A stretch of 64,000 nucleotides of DNA from NCBI GenBank assembly GCA_036172245.1, contig JAYWIR010000033.1, positions 1,488,001-1,552,000 of the forward strand, in the 5' to 3' direction. Shown in pieces: positions 49,300-62,149 of the stretch. The number at the start of each line of letters is the position of its first letter. Position 1 is the first letter of the stretch. Source of the DNA: Raillietiella orientalis (taxonomy: Eukaryota). Under the pieces are notes generated by a model. That model was not told the DNA's origin. It did not search any database and saw nothing but the letters and a program-made list of their open reading frames with translations. A program made the translations under genes and the position numbers.

Positions 49300-50300
49300 T
49301 GGAAGATCGTTACCAAGTCGTCCAAATGGGAGTGGAAGGCAGCTGTCCGCTTTCGCTTGACAGAGGTGGTGGCAGCTGGAGAGGACTCGAACAGCCCAAA
49401 CTGATGGTCCCCAGGAAGGAAAACAGCAAGGGGAGGGAGAGATCTCGAAAGGTTGCCAGGGACACAGGAGTACGAGACGTTAGGTTTCCTCTTCGAAAAA
49501 CCACCTTGTGGAGCTTCCGTGCCATCTCCGCCTCGCGGAGGCACTCCCCATCCAAGCACCGTTCCTTCTGGAAGCGATGCTTTCTTCCAGAGACCCGGAA
49601 TGGGTCTGGAATGATGGCTCGCGGACCCTTGTGCACCTGATCGACTAGCAGCATGAACTCCAATGTCCCAAGTCCTTAAGTTCTCTGGCGTGGACCCCCG
49701 AGGACCTTCTAGCAGTCCCTTTACTTCGCAAGAGAGCGAATCTGTAACGCAGAGGCGCATCACCACAAAGAGAGACATCGGCAACTTAGAACCGGAAGAA
49801 AGCAGTCATGAAGAAGCGTGAATGAGAAGCAACCATTGGCCCCGCTGCCTGGCTTCTGCTGAAGCTCCTTGAACTTTACTCTTGAAAGTCTTAGACATCC
49901 ATTATGGAAGAACACGGCTCTCATCCTGCCAGGATTTATGGGAGACTGGCTTTCCGCCAGCTTGCAACTTTGAACATCCCCACACTCTTTGATCTCCAGG
50001 CCTGCCTCTGGCAAACAGAACAACATGGAGGCTGGGATCCCACCAGGATCCCCTCGTGGTTCCTTTTCGGAGTGAAACTCAGGTGCACCAGATTGAGGAA
50101 ATCGCGCATGTCTTCACCACAGGTCTCTCGAATCCTCTGGATGTCCTTTGCGCCCTCATTCTATCAGCGAGGCGTAACAGCATCTCATTCTCCTTCGAAC
50201 TGTTTTAGAGGCCCCACAGAGTTCCTTGTTCCAAAACAATGAAGCAGATTTTCCTGCATCCTTACTTCCATTGTGAGATATACTCGTTTATCCTTCCCGT
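49300..50300 (-). mobile_element. Possible LINE APE endonuclease remnant
   Basis: ELKDLGHW.. and LPGDHQFGLFE resemble the APE L.D.. and SDH motifs. Weak. Confidence 0.3.
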
Positions 50301-53267
50301 CATCTGCAGAGATGGCACAAATCAAAGGCAAACATAACAGACGTCAACCCACAAGGAATTAATTTGGATGTTTGCGCAAAAAGTATAGGAATCAAGAGCG
50401 GTTTCGGTTTCAAGGGACAAACCCTTCCGTGGCTTGCCAAGGTACTGTCTGTTTCTCGTGTACACTTGCCTTCACGACTCCGGAATCGGAAAAGGGGATG
50501 CACCCGTTTCCATTTCCGAAAGATTTAGATGACTGCAGATTTCAGATTTTCTGACAAGCTACGAAATTTCGAGCAGTGTCAGTGTGTTCAATCTCCCTCG
50601 AGATCCGTCTCAAGCGATCTGGTTGTGCGAGAGAAATGCCCATCAAACGCACATTTAAAAGACCTGTGAAATCGTTTTTCATTTCCGAAGAGAAGATGTA
50701 ACGAAGTTTACGCCACAAGGGGGGGAGGGGAGGATTCTTTTCTTTTTTCCCCGCTGTCGCGCATATATTTTCGTTACAAGAAACGATTTAGTATCTTAGC
50801 TTAGGTTTTCTTTATTCGGCCGGAATACGCAACATGGATGGCAACACTGTTTATTGCATTATGGGCACGCTGACGCAATAGGTAGCCAACAATCGACGCT
50901 ACTTGGCGTCGCAGCCTACGTGGAACGACCGTTTAACGACCCTCGAGCAGAGAATGTTTGCGCCCGGGGATTCGTGATGTGCATTCGTGATGTGAGGGCA
51001 AATCAAGCGTCGCAGTGTACACGGATGCTTCGGTTACTGCTTTACGAGATCGGGCACACTTGGTCACCCCTTTTGGCGATTTTCGGTGGGAAACGACACT
51101 CTGATGGACCTGTTGCATCATGCTCCTCCGCCCGACTATTGGTTCGAGTTGATGCGTGTCCACACGGTAATCAGGTAATTCGAATTCGATAAAATTCGTG
51201 TAGCAGCGAAATAGAGAAACAATCGTCAGCTCTTCTGGGGAAAATGAGAGGCTTTGGAATACTTTTGTAATGTTTCTCAAACATTACCGAAATACATCGG
51301 CACGTTCGGGCTGAACACGCTCTTCTGGTCCAAGGAGAGAGATGACAGTATGACTCATCTCCTGCCTTGGACCAAGAGGAGGTTCCGGATGAGGAAGGCG
51401 ACAGGAAAAGGGGCACACTCGGAGGGAGTTCTATCGGTTCGACACGACTTTCGGAAGAAGCTCGTGGCTGGGTCGACAAAGGGACTTTTTGGTCGACAGG
51501 AGCTTTTTGGGGGGAGCACCTGGGCTTCGTGCCCGCTGTGCTCGCCCGTCTGCGTCAGCGCAACGCTTGGCGCCAATCACCATCTGCTTCTGCGATCAGC
51601 ACGCGTGCGGCGTGCCGGCGAGGTGGGCGGGGGAGACGGGGCCCCTACTCTTCCGCACCCACTTTGAGCTGACGCTGGAAGCACACATGAAGAGGGGGAG
51701 GAAGACGCTGGAAGATCCCGACCCTGCCCTTGCTCCCGGAGGACAGCAAAAGTGACGACGATCTTCCGTTCCCATCACCTGCGTCCGTTCCAGCGACGCT
51801 GCTGGCTGCTCGCTGGAACGTCCGACTCTTGCAAATTCGACGCCAAGAGGTGGGGCGGCGCCATCTTCGCCCATCCGCCCGTCGCGTCGTTCCCTTTGTG
51901 ATGGCGGTTCCTGCGCGCTCGCGGAGGCTGAGGAGAAGAGGTTTTCGGAGGGAGAGTGGCTGCCAGGGACGGTTGCGCCGACGCGCCTCTGCTGGGCGTT
52001 TGCAGCGCGCTACCAGGGGGAGCGCCTCTTCAGGAGCTCCGAGGATTCGCTCGATTGCCTGGCCGGCGGTTCCCCGTCGCGCTGATCTCGACTGATGGCT
52101 GCGGTTGACCGCCTGCGTCGGAACACTCTTCCCACCGAAGGATGCAGCTCCAGAGAAATTCCCGGTCGTCAGAGCAGGGACGACGACGACCGAGCCGCGA
52201 CTTTTCCCCGAGGCCATGAACCCTTCAGCGCATGCGAACGACCGGAAACCTCTCGGAAGACGAGACCCCAGCCGCAGGTCTTCTCCTCTCCGCCTACCTC
52301 CCGAAAATCTGAAGCGCCTCCTCTTTCCGGGAGTCCCCCCCCCCCCCAAAAAAAAAACTGGACTGGAATTACCCAGGACTGCTAGGTCTCCCTACGCTCG
52401 CGGCCTGCCCTCCCCAATGGAAGGCATCGGGAGCTTCTGGACCCTTAATGGACATGGCGCTCTTTTCGAAGGCTTCCGCCACCCATTCCTCTCTCCTCTC
52501 TGTGGCGACGGTCCTTCCCGCCGGGATATGAGCGTCCCACCGCGCAGCCGTCGAGGATCACTTGGCCGACAGCAAGCGAGGAGGTGCTTCGGGAGGCGGG
52601 TCCTTGCAGCACCGTCAAGGGGTGTATGAGTGCGAAGGGTGGCCGAATTGCCGGCTTTCCGGAAGCCCCTTTCGTTCGAGCGCTCAGGAGACTCCTGGAA
52701 CGGTATCGGAACGCACTGTTTCCTCCCGCTCCTCCTCATCTCCGGCTCCTCTTTCCCCCTTCCCCCTTTTTCCCCCCTCCCCCGAACCCCACCCAGAGAC
52801 TCAAAGCCGCGGCAATTTCGGGTTTCGACGCGCGCGGCGGGGAGCGGACCTCCGCACGCGTGGGGCGTCCCTGCAGCGTGCGGTCAGGCGGGGGAGCCCT
52901 TGCAAGCTCCGCGGAGCGGAAAATTCCGGACATCATCAAAGGGAGGCGTTCCGCGAACGCGCGCGTGCGTCTCGTCGCAACCGAGGAAGCGAGAGGGGAT
53001 CTCCTCCCGCCCTTTTTCGCGAAAAAGGAGAAAAGGGGAGGGGAGGGGAGGGGAGAGAGAAAGCAAAAAGGATGAGGAAAGGTTTTTGCGTCCAGGAGCG
53101 TCTGGAGTCCAGCCTCGAGGATCCAGACACGCGGCGTGGCGGCGGGCGAAGGCAGGAAGGGGGTTTCTACGCAACGGTGCCCCGTTTCCGTTGCCCCAGA
53201 GGAAAGCGAGGCCTTCTGTCTCCTGCCGGTGGCCCTGAGCGCGTCCTCCGCGGGCTCCCGTTTCCAG

Positions 53268-54875
53268 CCTCCCACGGGCTGAAGAGAAAGCATCACTCAA
53301 ACGGGAAAAGGTCAAATTCTAGACGCGCAGTTCATCCCTGTCTCCATCCGGTCGCCCGCGTCCAAGCAGCTCGGCTCTCCGCCGCCGCCCGTCTCGCAGC
53401 GGTGCCGACTCTACGCGGTGAACCGGCTGGAAGCACGTCCGCCCGTCTCTCCCTTTCCACGAGGGGCAGGAGGAAGGGGGGAGGGCGGCAGGTTGGTGGC
53501 CTCCACACCCTCCGCGGAGCAAAGAGGAGAACGCCGCACTCATAGCAGACGCGCAGACTGCGGGGAGAAGACGCTCACGAACGAGTGACCCCCTTCCTCC
53601 TTCCCTCCCCCTTTTTCCCTTCTCCCGCCTTCCCTCAGCTGAGGATGGCGAGTGGAAGCGGAACTCCGTCTCTCCCTCTCCGCCTCCCTTACTCGCGTGT
53701 GCCGCGTCCCATAGCTGACGCGCGCCGCGCGATTTCGATGAGCGCCCCTGGCGTGACCTTTCTCACCCCGGAGCGAGACGGACCGTCTCTTGGAAGCAGG
53801 GAGATCCGTTGGGTTAGGGAGGGACCAGCACGTGCAGGCCGGGAGCCGAGCGACTCCCGGGGTCCCGCGTTTCAGCCGGAGTCGCCCGCAGGCCCGCCTC
53901 GACGTCCCGCTGTAGGCCGAGCACGAGGGACAAGCGGCGAACACATCCGTCCTCTTTGCTGGCGACCGCCGCCGCCGTCGCCGCGCAGTCCTCCGCCACC
54001 CTAGGGAGCCGCCGTTTCCCCTTCGTTTCTCTGCTCCCCACTCATCCCTCAGGGGGTGCTGCTGCACGCGGCGGCGGAAGATCGCCGTTGCCAAGCACCG
54101 GTTCGCGCGTTCGTTAGTCCCGACTGATGGATTCGTCGCTGCCCACCCCCTTCCCGAAGAGGGGATGGGTGGGGTGGCGAACGCGTGTCTCTTGAAGGGA
54201 GCTCTGTGGTTCTCAAGCATCCCCGCAGCATTTCCCTAATCCCTCCCTTCCCCTGCCCTCTCACTCGCGGAACTCCGTGCGGTCGGCAGTCGCCCTCCAT
54301 CGCCATGGAAGTGTCGAATGCCGACGTCGCGGAGGGAAGCGAAGAAGCACGCGCATCCCACCGCTCCCTCTGAGGGTCTGCGAAGATGTCCCAGCTGATG
54401 AGATGGGCTCTGGAACGCCGATCCCAGCGGCGGGCGTCCCCCCGTCGCTGCCCTGCTCCTTTCTCGCGCTCCGCTTTCGCTTTCGCGGGATGGACGGGAT
54501 GGACGCCAGAGGACGACCTCCAAGTGTTTCTTGGGGAAACGGAGCTAGTGCCCTCTTTCTCCTTTCGGTTGGGACTTTCCACTGTTCCGATCTCCCTCTC
54601 CCCCCCCCCCCACGGGGCCTCCGCATGTGGTTCTGCTTTCACCTCATCCCTCCTCCGAGTCCTAGGATTTTCGCCAGGGAAATGTCCAAGTGGGATCCCG
54701 GCTATTGAGTGGGCGAGCTGCCCCTCGGCTCCAGTAGCCTCTGCTGCGAGGCCGTCGGCGGCGGAGAGCCGCGCTGCTTGGACGCGGGCGACCGGATGGA
54801 GACAGGGATGGACTGCGGGTCTCGAATTTGACCTTTTCGCGTTTGGGTGATGCTTCTCTTCATCCCGTGGGGGGC
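53268..54875. repeat. ~130-bp inverted repeat pair (53268-53400 / 54743-54875) enclosing ~1.3 kb
   Basis: cccacgggctgaagagaaagcatcactcaaacgggaaaaggtcaaattc...ccctgtctccatccggtcgcccgcgtccaagcagc...ctcgcagc recurs as a reverse complement with few mismatches. It also shows up as matching peptides VHPCLHPVARVQAARLSAA on opposite strands. Confidence 0.9.
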
Positions 54876-55269
54876 GTTCCCCTCTCCCCTCCAGCCTCCT
54901 TCCCTCCTGCGAAGACAGGGCTCGGAAGCCAAGCACTTCCCGTGGGATGGTCCAAACTCCTTTTTCCTTGAGCTTCCGCATCAACCTCTTCCGTTCTTCT
55001 GGATGCCGCGTCGCAGGCTCGCTGGGGAACCGCATCGCGGCAGCACTGCTGGAGCGAACGCGTCGCATTTCCCTCGCTTTGCGGTCTTGGGATCTTCCAG
55101 GAGGCGAAAGGATACGGCGGAAGGACCGCTGCTGTGGCGGGGCCGGCTGACCCGCCTCCTGGTGCTGCGGCTACGTGGGTCTGCGCTCGGGCGTCTGGAG
55201 GGGCGTCACAGGCGGTAGTCTCCATAGCGCCTACCGTATCAGTCCGGCACCATCTAGCTTGAAAGCAAG

Positions 55270-55765
55270 ATGGACTCCTTTTGTCGAAGATCCGCAGACA
55301 GTTGGCAAGGACTGGGCAACCACGAGGAAGAGGTTCGCATTTTCTGATAGAACATCATTCGTTGGATGGGAAAGAAGCTGCTGCCACTTCCTCACTACGA
55401 GAAGGCACATCCGACTCTCATGTTGCAGATTCACCTGTGCTCAACATCCTCCCGATCAGGGGACTGCTTGCCGCAAACAGGACCGCAGCTGCAGAAGATG
55501 TCAACTTTGGTGTGTGATGCTGTCTCGTATGCCAAATCATTGCTTGTGGCACTCTTGTATATTCTACACGATACAATGCATTGCTTCACCGGTTGAGGAC
55601 GGCAAAGGAGAAACGGTGTCCTTCATTGAACTCGTTCCTGCAGTGGACTGTGGTCTTCGTCCGGATCTGGTGCTGCTCCAGGGGAGAGGAGTGGTCGTCC
55701 TGGACGTTGCCTGCCCTTTTCGGGACACCTTTGAATGCGTTCAGAAGTGCTTGAGGAGGAAATGA
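55270..55765 (+). mobile_element. 3' fragment of an R2/NeSL-type (restriction-like endonuclease) non-LTR retrotransposon
   Basis: Ordered motifs across frames: VLNILPIR ~ RLNTLPTR; CRRC.... (Zn knuckle); LHDT ~ RHD/RHN; GLRPDLVLLQGRGVVVLDVACPF = the PD..D REL catalytic motif. Confidence 0.8.
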
Positions 55766-55876
55766 GATCCGACACACACTATGCCTGCCGTCCCCCTGTT
55801 GAACACGAATGCTCACAGGTGACGTCAAAGTCCCAATAATCTCAAATGAAGAGGTGATGAAACCTGTAACCGGCCA

Positions 55877-55943
55877 GCCTCAAGTCCGGCTCCGCAGCGT
55901 GACGTCAGCGTGCGCGATCAGCACGCCGGCCAACAACAAGGCC
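55877..55943 (+). repeat. ~67-bp dispersed repeat with TGACGTCA core, copy 1
   Basis: gcctcaagtccggctccgcagcgtgacgtcagcgtgcgcgatcagcacgccggccaacaa is similar to 58887-58954. Confidence 0.8.
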
Positions 55944-58886
55944 GATCCTCAAAATGAAGAGGCGATGCGAGAGCTGGAGATGCTGCGGCTATGCCTCGGC
56001 AAAATGGGACTCCTTGTGGTTGCCTTCAGCATGGTCGCTTCTAAAAATAGACGCATGGGCTGAAAGGTTTTGCCCACGAAGGAGGAGGAGGTGAGAACAT
56101 CGACGCCCACAGCAAGAAGTGGTGCCCACTGATACGGAGCGGAAAGAGGGGAGGGTATTTTTGGAAACGAAACCGTGACTACGGACAAGAACGTGCCTAA
56201 GAAAGTAAACAAATCGAGGTCCTGCTGATTCCTCCCCTTCACTCAATAAAGCGAGCCAGTTCACGTGCCTTCTTGGAATTCGCAGGTTTTTCAAGATCCA
56301 GTGGTTCTTGAGATGCCAGGATGCCGACGAGCCGGCCCCCAATCGCGCGAACTGGAGCTTGGTCTCCTCCTGAGAGCGGAAGAGGGAGAGCGCGGTGCAC
56401 GTTCTCCCCACCCCCTTTTTTTTCCTTCCCCTTCCGTATGCCCTTTTTGAACGCCGCCGGCGTGCTTTAGGATGGGTGGCGCGGTCGCCTACGAACGCTC
56501 TTCTCAGGGACGAAGTCAGGTCTCCGCCTGTCGGTACCTTGGCTGCCGACCAGCATCTTCCGCCGTCCGCGCGCGCCGCCTTCCCCGGCGTCCCGGCTTC
56601 CGTGCGGCCGCCGGATGGCTCCCGGGGAACCCTTCAGACTGACTTCCTTGTGCCATCGCAGATGCTCCAGCCGTGGGGATCCCCGACTGATGCCGCGTCC
56701 CTCTCGGCGGAGCAAACCCATAGGCATCCGCGGTTCCCGAGGGAACTCCCAAATGTTCTTTGCTTGGATCCCTGGTGCCGGGCTGCTCCTCGGGATCGTC
56801 TCTTCACGTTTGCGCTTTTCCCCGGCGGCGGGGTCGTTTTATTGCAGCGAGCGACGATTTCCTTCCTCCCTCCCGGAGCAGGGAATAATTTCAGCGCTCT
56901 TTTCTCCTCTCTGGAGGAATGGAAAATTCCCGACGTCATTGCCGCTTCCCTGCCTAAACACGGGCTCATGTCCTAATCTAAATAATTGCGCGCTTCCCGG
57001 CATCCAATTCCTTAAGCGTCCCTTGATGAAGGCCTCTGCGCTCGCTCTTTATGGCCTCTTCCGTCTTCTCCGGCTCCTCTTCCAAGCAGGAGGCTCAACG
57101 GCCATCCAAGGCTCGGCACCGAAAGAAAGAAGGAAGAGAGGAAAAAAAAAAGGGGGGGGGGAGAAAACGCAAAAACGAAAATTCTTCCTGGAATCGCGAC
57201 ATTCTGTCACGTGTGCCAAAGAGACGCGGAGGGATGGTCCACCACATCCTTATCTACAGGGGGATGACCTGATCGAGGATCGTTTTTCCCGATGATTCCG
57301 CCTTTCCGAGGGCTCGGAGCTGCATAGGGAAGGATAGGGGGGGAAGGCCGAAAAGACCACTCGAACGGGCAGGCTGCAGCCAAAGAATGAGGGTCCGCTC
57401 ACCAGAGTACTCTCGCGCCCTTGTTCCCCTCCCCCCTCCCTGAGCCCTGCAGATAATGTCTGGGCTCCCATTTGGAAGGGTAGGAGAACGAGGGAGCTCT
57501 TGTTAGCCTTTCCCTCGTCGCGAGCGCTCTTAGGGCAGGGAAAGACCGGGACGTCCAGGTCGGCGCTTTGGCCCTGATCTTGCCGCTACAGTATCAGAGG
57601 ACGCTGGTCAGATCGAAAGTATCCGCCCGGTGATGTGAACGGCGGCAGTCCACGCGGCAGCGGTGGAAAGTCAGAGGTGGAACGGAAGTGGGCGGCGCGC
57701 GCGCTCGGGCCATAAGTCGTCGTCATCATCACAGGAGAGTGAAACGGCTCTTCTGAAATCATAGGGAGCGAGCGGGAGGTGGGATGGTCCCCGGACAGAT
57801 GGCTGGCACGCGCGCTGCGGTTTTCAGGCGGAGTCGAGACTCGTATCCCCTCAGCGCTGCCGACCTTCCCACTCGGCCGGTTGCCATGGGCTCAGGGAAG
57901 GGGACGAACTGGCGAAAGGAGCAATCGAGTAGAGGAAGCCTTCAACCTCTCGCCCTTTTCTTTTTTTTTATTCTCTCTCTCCTTCGACTTGACTGACCCC
58001 GACAGAGGTCCGCCGAAGATGAGAGTCCCTTGGCCGACGCGCTCAGAACAAGACGCAGAGCCTGAAGGGGTGTCCGACATCAGCCAGGAGCAGAAGCGAG
58101 GAGTTTCGAGGAGTGGAAGGCAGCTCGGGGAGGAAATCCCCTGTATCCGCGCCAGGAGGAGGACGGGTGAGCGGCTTTCGGAAGGGGGATGGGAAGGAAG
58201 CAGGGCTGCTCCGGAGATGAGGACGGACGCGCGCTGTGGAGAGGAGGACGGGGCTGCTCTTTACCTCCGTTGGAAGGAGGAGGAGGAGGAGAAGGAAACC
58301 TGATTGCATCAGAGTCCTCCTCCCCTCCGAATCATCCGATTTCATGAGATTAAAAGTTGGAGAGGATAGGAGAAGCCTTTTAGAGCAAAACGCATTAGGC
58401 CGCCAACGGGATCCTTGTCCAGGACGCGCCTCCTCGAGAAAACGAATTTGGCTCCCCGTAAGGGGGCACCCCCGTGGAAATCCGCCGAGAACCCCTCGAG
58501 GAATGTGAGGGACCTCGAAAGCGGCGGGGAAAATGGTAGACGTGCTGCGACTTCGAGGGGATTGGCTGGCACCCGAGACGAGGGTTTTTCCCGATCGAGG
58601 GTAACGAAGTATCCCTCGAAAATCAGCTCTCGGGAAGCTACGCAGAGAGTCCTCTCTCCTGCTCTCCCAGGGGGAAGGACCCTCGGAGAGCGGTGTCGCA
58701 GTGGCGCCTCCGCTGAGGATCCTGCTCTTCGGAAAAACCCTCACGGCCCTCGCACGAGCCAGCCAAGGAGGTCGCTCGTTTTCCTCCCGGGGGTATGCAC
58801 CCGGGAAGTGTCCCTCCTCAGCAAAGAAGCGCGATCTGATGATCGGCGGAATCTCTAAAGAAGCACCAGGGGGTGAAAATTATCCC

Positions 58887-58954
58887 GCCTCAAGTCCGGC
58901 TTCGCGGCGTGACGTCAGCGTGCGCTATCGGCGCGGCGGCCAGCAATGAAAGCC
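58887..58954 (+). repeat. ~67-bp dispersed repeat with TGACGTCA core, copy 2
   Basis: gcctcaagtccggcttcgcggcgtgacgtcagcgtgcgctatcggcgcggcggccagcaa. Confidence 0.8.
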
Positions 58955-60099
58955 AAAAATACTCGGTGAGCGGCTTGAAATCGGCTCGTCTCGAATCCGC
59001 TCTTGAGGAGGAAACGTAGCGAGGTCTGCCGTGGTCGGCCACTTACAAGTCGCTCACCCTGTGAAAAGCACACGAATCCGTGCCAAAAGGTCGCCGCCGT
59101 CGGCAGCGAGAACGGAAGAGACCCTCCCTTCGCCGAGTCGGCACCGGTTGGATCTCAAGCTCGCCCGAGTTCCTGTGCGGCGTGACGTTTGAGCTGGAGC
59201 GCGTGATCTCTTCTGTCTCAGCAGGGGTTCCGGAGACCCCCTGTGCGTCCCGTGGAGCTTCGAGGTCTTCCGAGCACGAAAGCCGTCCCTAGAGACGTGC
59301 TGGACAAGAGGCTTCAGCTGATGAGGTTCCCCTAACCCGCTATGGGGAGCCACTCGATGAAAACCGGGATGCTCTGGACGGTCACTAGGGCCATCGGCTG
59401 AGAGTTCCCGGACGAGATCATGGTCGTCAGAGGAGTTGGGTAGGAACGGTCTGGCCCTCGACTGGGCAGAGATCACTAGGGAAGCAACCCTGGAGGACAG
59501 GCGGACGTCCCTCACCAGCAGGCGTCCGACGAAGACTTGATCAAGCTATCGGGTGTTCAACAACGATTGGTGGTCGTCGACCAGCCTTTCGCTAACACCC
59601 ACGAATATAGTTGCCACTCTCTGAAGGTAGCAGCCTCTGGAGAAAATCATCGGGACTAGGGCGCTTCTTGCTTGGCTCGTCGGGTTCCTTGGTTCAGCCG
59701 GGGACGCAACCCATTTGACACTGGAGGAATCAGAGAACTGGGCGCCAACCTGGCAATGGTGCAGCTCGAGGAGTGGACCGTCGTGCAGGAAGCCAGTCGG
59801 GCATCCCTAGCAAAAGAAGCGGCGCTTAGAAGGCTTGCAAGGTTTAACCATTGTGTGGATCCAAGGAGCCAAGGGAGCCAACCACCACATCGGACAGGAG
59901 GAAAGCAAACGTTGAGCCTCCTCCTCTTCCTTGCTGGCTGAACGCGGCTGCTTCCCACCCGGTTGCGCCGGGCATTTATCCCAAAAGAGACAAACTATCT
60001 GAGAACAAAGTTCCCAGACAAAGGGGAAAGAAGTTCGAGACAAGGCTCCCAACACGCAGGTCGGTCACACCGAAAGTCCGGATGGGGAGGAGGAGGCCG

Positions 60100-61120
60100 C
60101 AAATAAATGTATAACAAAATACAAAAAAAGGTATGGGAACGGGGCGTTGGATGCCGGAGATCTCCTTCCTGACTTCTTTGAGATTAAACCACCTAGCAGC
60201 CGTCCTCATGTTGACGTCGGCAATCCCGATAACCTCTTTTGATATCTCTCGCGACTCCAGCATGCGACGGACCCTGACGATGGCGCGGATTCAGCAGTTC
60301 GTTGCGATGGCCGCCGTCCCGCGAGAAGAAGTGGCGCATCAAGTTCCTTGCGGTATCCCCCTGGTGCAGGAGCGCTGAAGGCAGCCTCCGCCACAGTTCT
60401 TGGTCGGCACCTCAGTCGAAGAGCAGATGCGGGAGCGATTCCACTGTTCCGCACCTTCCAAAGTTCGAGGAAGCAACTCCTTTGGGAAAGAGGTGGGCTC
60501 GCTGATTTGCAATGGAAGTCCCAATGCAACAGCAAGAGCACGTACTGTTTTCACCGAAGAGGGAACACAGACGTGTCCATGTACGAGGGAGGGACCACAA
60601 GTTCTGGAGCACACTCAGGAGCTCTCTCCATCGAAGTCCCTTCGCGAAATTACGAGCGGCGGCGTCTGACAGCCCTCTCGTCTTCCAGCCGCCCATGGGT
60701 CGAGTTTCTCCTGCGATCGTGCAGGCGTCCTTCTACCCTGCCGGTAGGCAACTGTCATCTCTTGCCCTCAGGGCAGACAGCGCTGCGGCAAGGGGAGTGG
60801 CAGCCAGGCTAGTCCACTTGTCCGGTCCCTGTAACACATCCTCCACCGGACACAATGGAGAATGGTACACGCAGCGAAGTTGGATTAGCGGCACTTCCTA
60901 ATGCCCCGTCCAGATAGGGACTGAACGCCGCTGATCATGAGCAAAGCAGATGTCCGGCACACGCTGATCCTGTGGTCCTTTCGCATCAACAGGTCGGATC
61001 TTCAGCGGAAACGTCTTTAGGGCACTCTCCACCGGAGCATCGTCAGGTCCGCTCGAGAGAGGAGGCAAGAGCACCTCAGACAATGATGCAGAATTCGAGC
61101 CGGTGTCTGACAACTGGAAG
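60100..61120 (-). mobile_element. L1/Tx1-like ORF2 3' remnant with CCHC knuckle
   Basis: GRCGTVESLPHLLFD* matches the C..C...E...HLLF.C knuckle. It is followed on - by a T-rich tail (60101-60130), as in the other copies. Confidence 0.6.
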
Positions 61121-61904
61121 TGAAAGGACCGTCCTGAATGAACCCTCGTCCGCCTGCTGGCAATGCAGATGCTCTTTGTGTGTCTCCTGATCTTTGTTTC
61201 GCGGATCCGTCCATCCCTCGTGTCTCCAAACGCGTAACGTCCAAGGTCATCATCGTCTGTGGATGGCGGTCATGATTTCTTCTCACCATCACCGCTCGAG
61301 AGGTCTCCTCACTAAGGAAGAGACGGATTCGGAATGGGATGTGGACACTTTCAAGGCCAGGAGAGATGAAACCGAACGAGACGGCAGCTTGCGTCCCTCA
61401 TCTCCTGTTCGCATGCGCCTGCTGTTAAGATTTCGCCTCCGGGGGGCAAGCCGTCAACGGGTCTTTCCCCCGACGTTCGTTCGGGAGTGTCACACTCCTC
61501 CGTCAAGCTGACCCACGCCCTCGAGGAGAATTCCGGGACGCATCCCTGAAGCGCAGCGGGTCCGCCGGGTGGAGAAGGGATGAGACAGAGTCGCCGTCGC
61601 TAGTCCCCCTGGAAACGGAGTTCGGGCGGCCCTCGGCGAGCCCAGCCCACGGGACATGGAGCCGCGCCTGGAGCTGACTTCGCTCTGGACCGATCCCTTC
61701 CTCTCGCGACAGGCAGGAAATGCGGGCGCCTCGCCTCCGTCCACAGGGACAACCGACCAGGCCAGCTCGACCGTTCCTCGCTTCCCTGCATCGAGCCGTG
61801 TTGCTTTCACGAAGGAAGAGCGTCCCTTAGAAACACCAAGAGCAACCGCATCAGGGATCGTTAGTTTCCTTTACACTGACCAACCACGGGTTGTCCGCGT
61901 CTGC

Positions 61905-61975
61905 GGCCGTGCAGATGCGGTAGCCTCCGCGCGTGGCACCGAGCGTCCCGGGTTCGAACCCTGCCCGGGGAAGGA
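61905..61975 (+). mobile_element. tRNA-derived SINE head or degenerate tRNA
   Basis: An A-box-like TGCAGATGCGGTAGC and a B-box CCGGGTTCGAACCC occur at tRNA-like spacing. No complete cloverleaf or acceptor stem. Confidence 0.45.
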
Positions 61976-62149
61976 TCGAAGCCGAGAAATGGGTGTTCCG
62001 TGGGTTTCGATTTCCCTTCACAGGACGACGCTGGTTGGTCTAAATGGTCCCCGGGTGCGGCACTGGTGGAAGCCGGGGATCCTTGGATGCCCCCGCTGAC
62101 TGGCCGGGATTAGGAAGTCGGCTTCTCCAAGGTACTTCTGGGAATCAGG

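Noticed and set aside
59315..59370. Hammerhead-like CTGATGA followed by a stem GGTTCCCC/GGGGAGCC
   Set aside because: GAAA does not directly follow stem II, and stems I and III are not evident.
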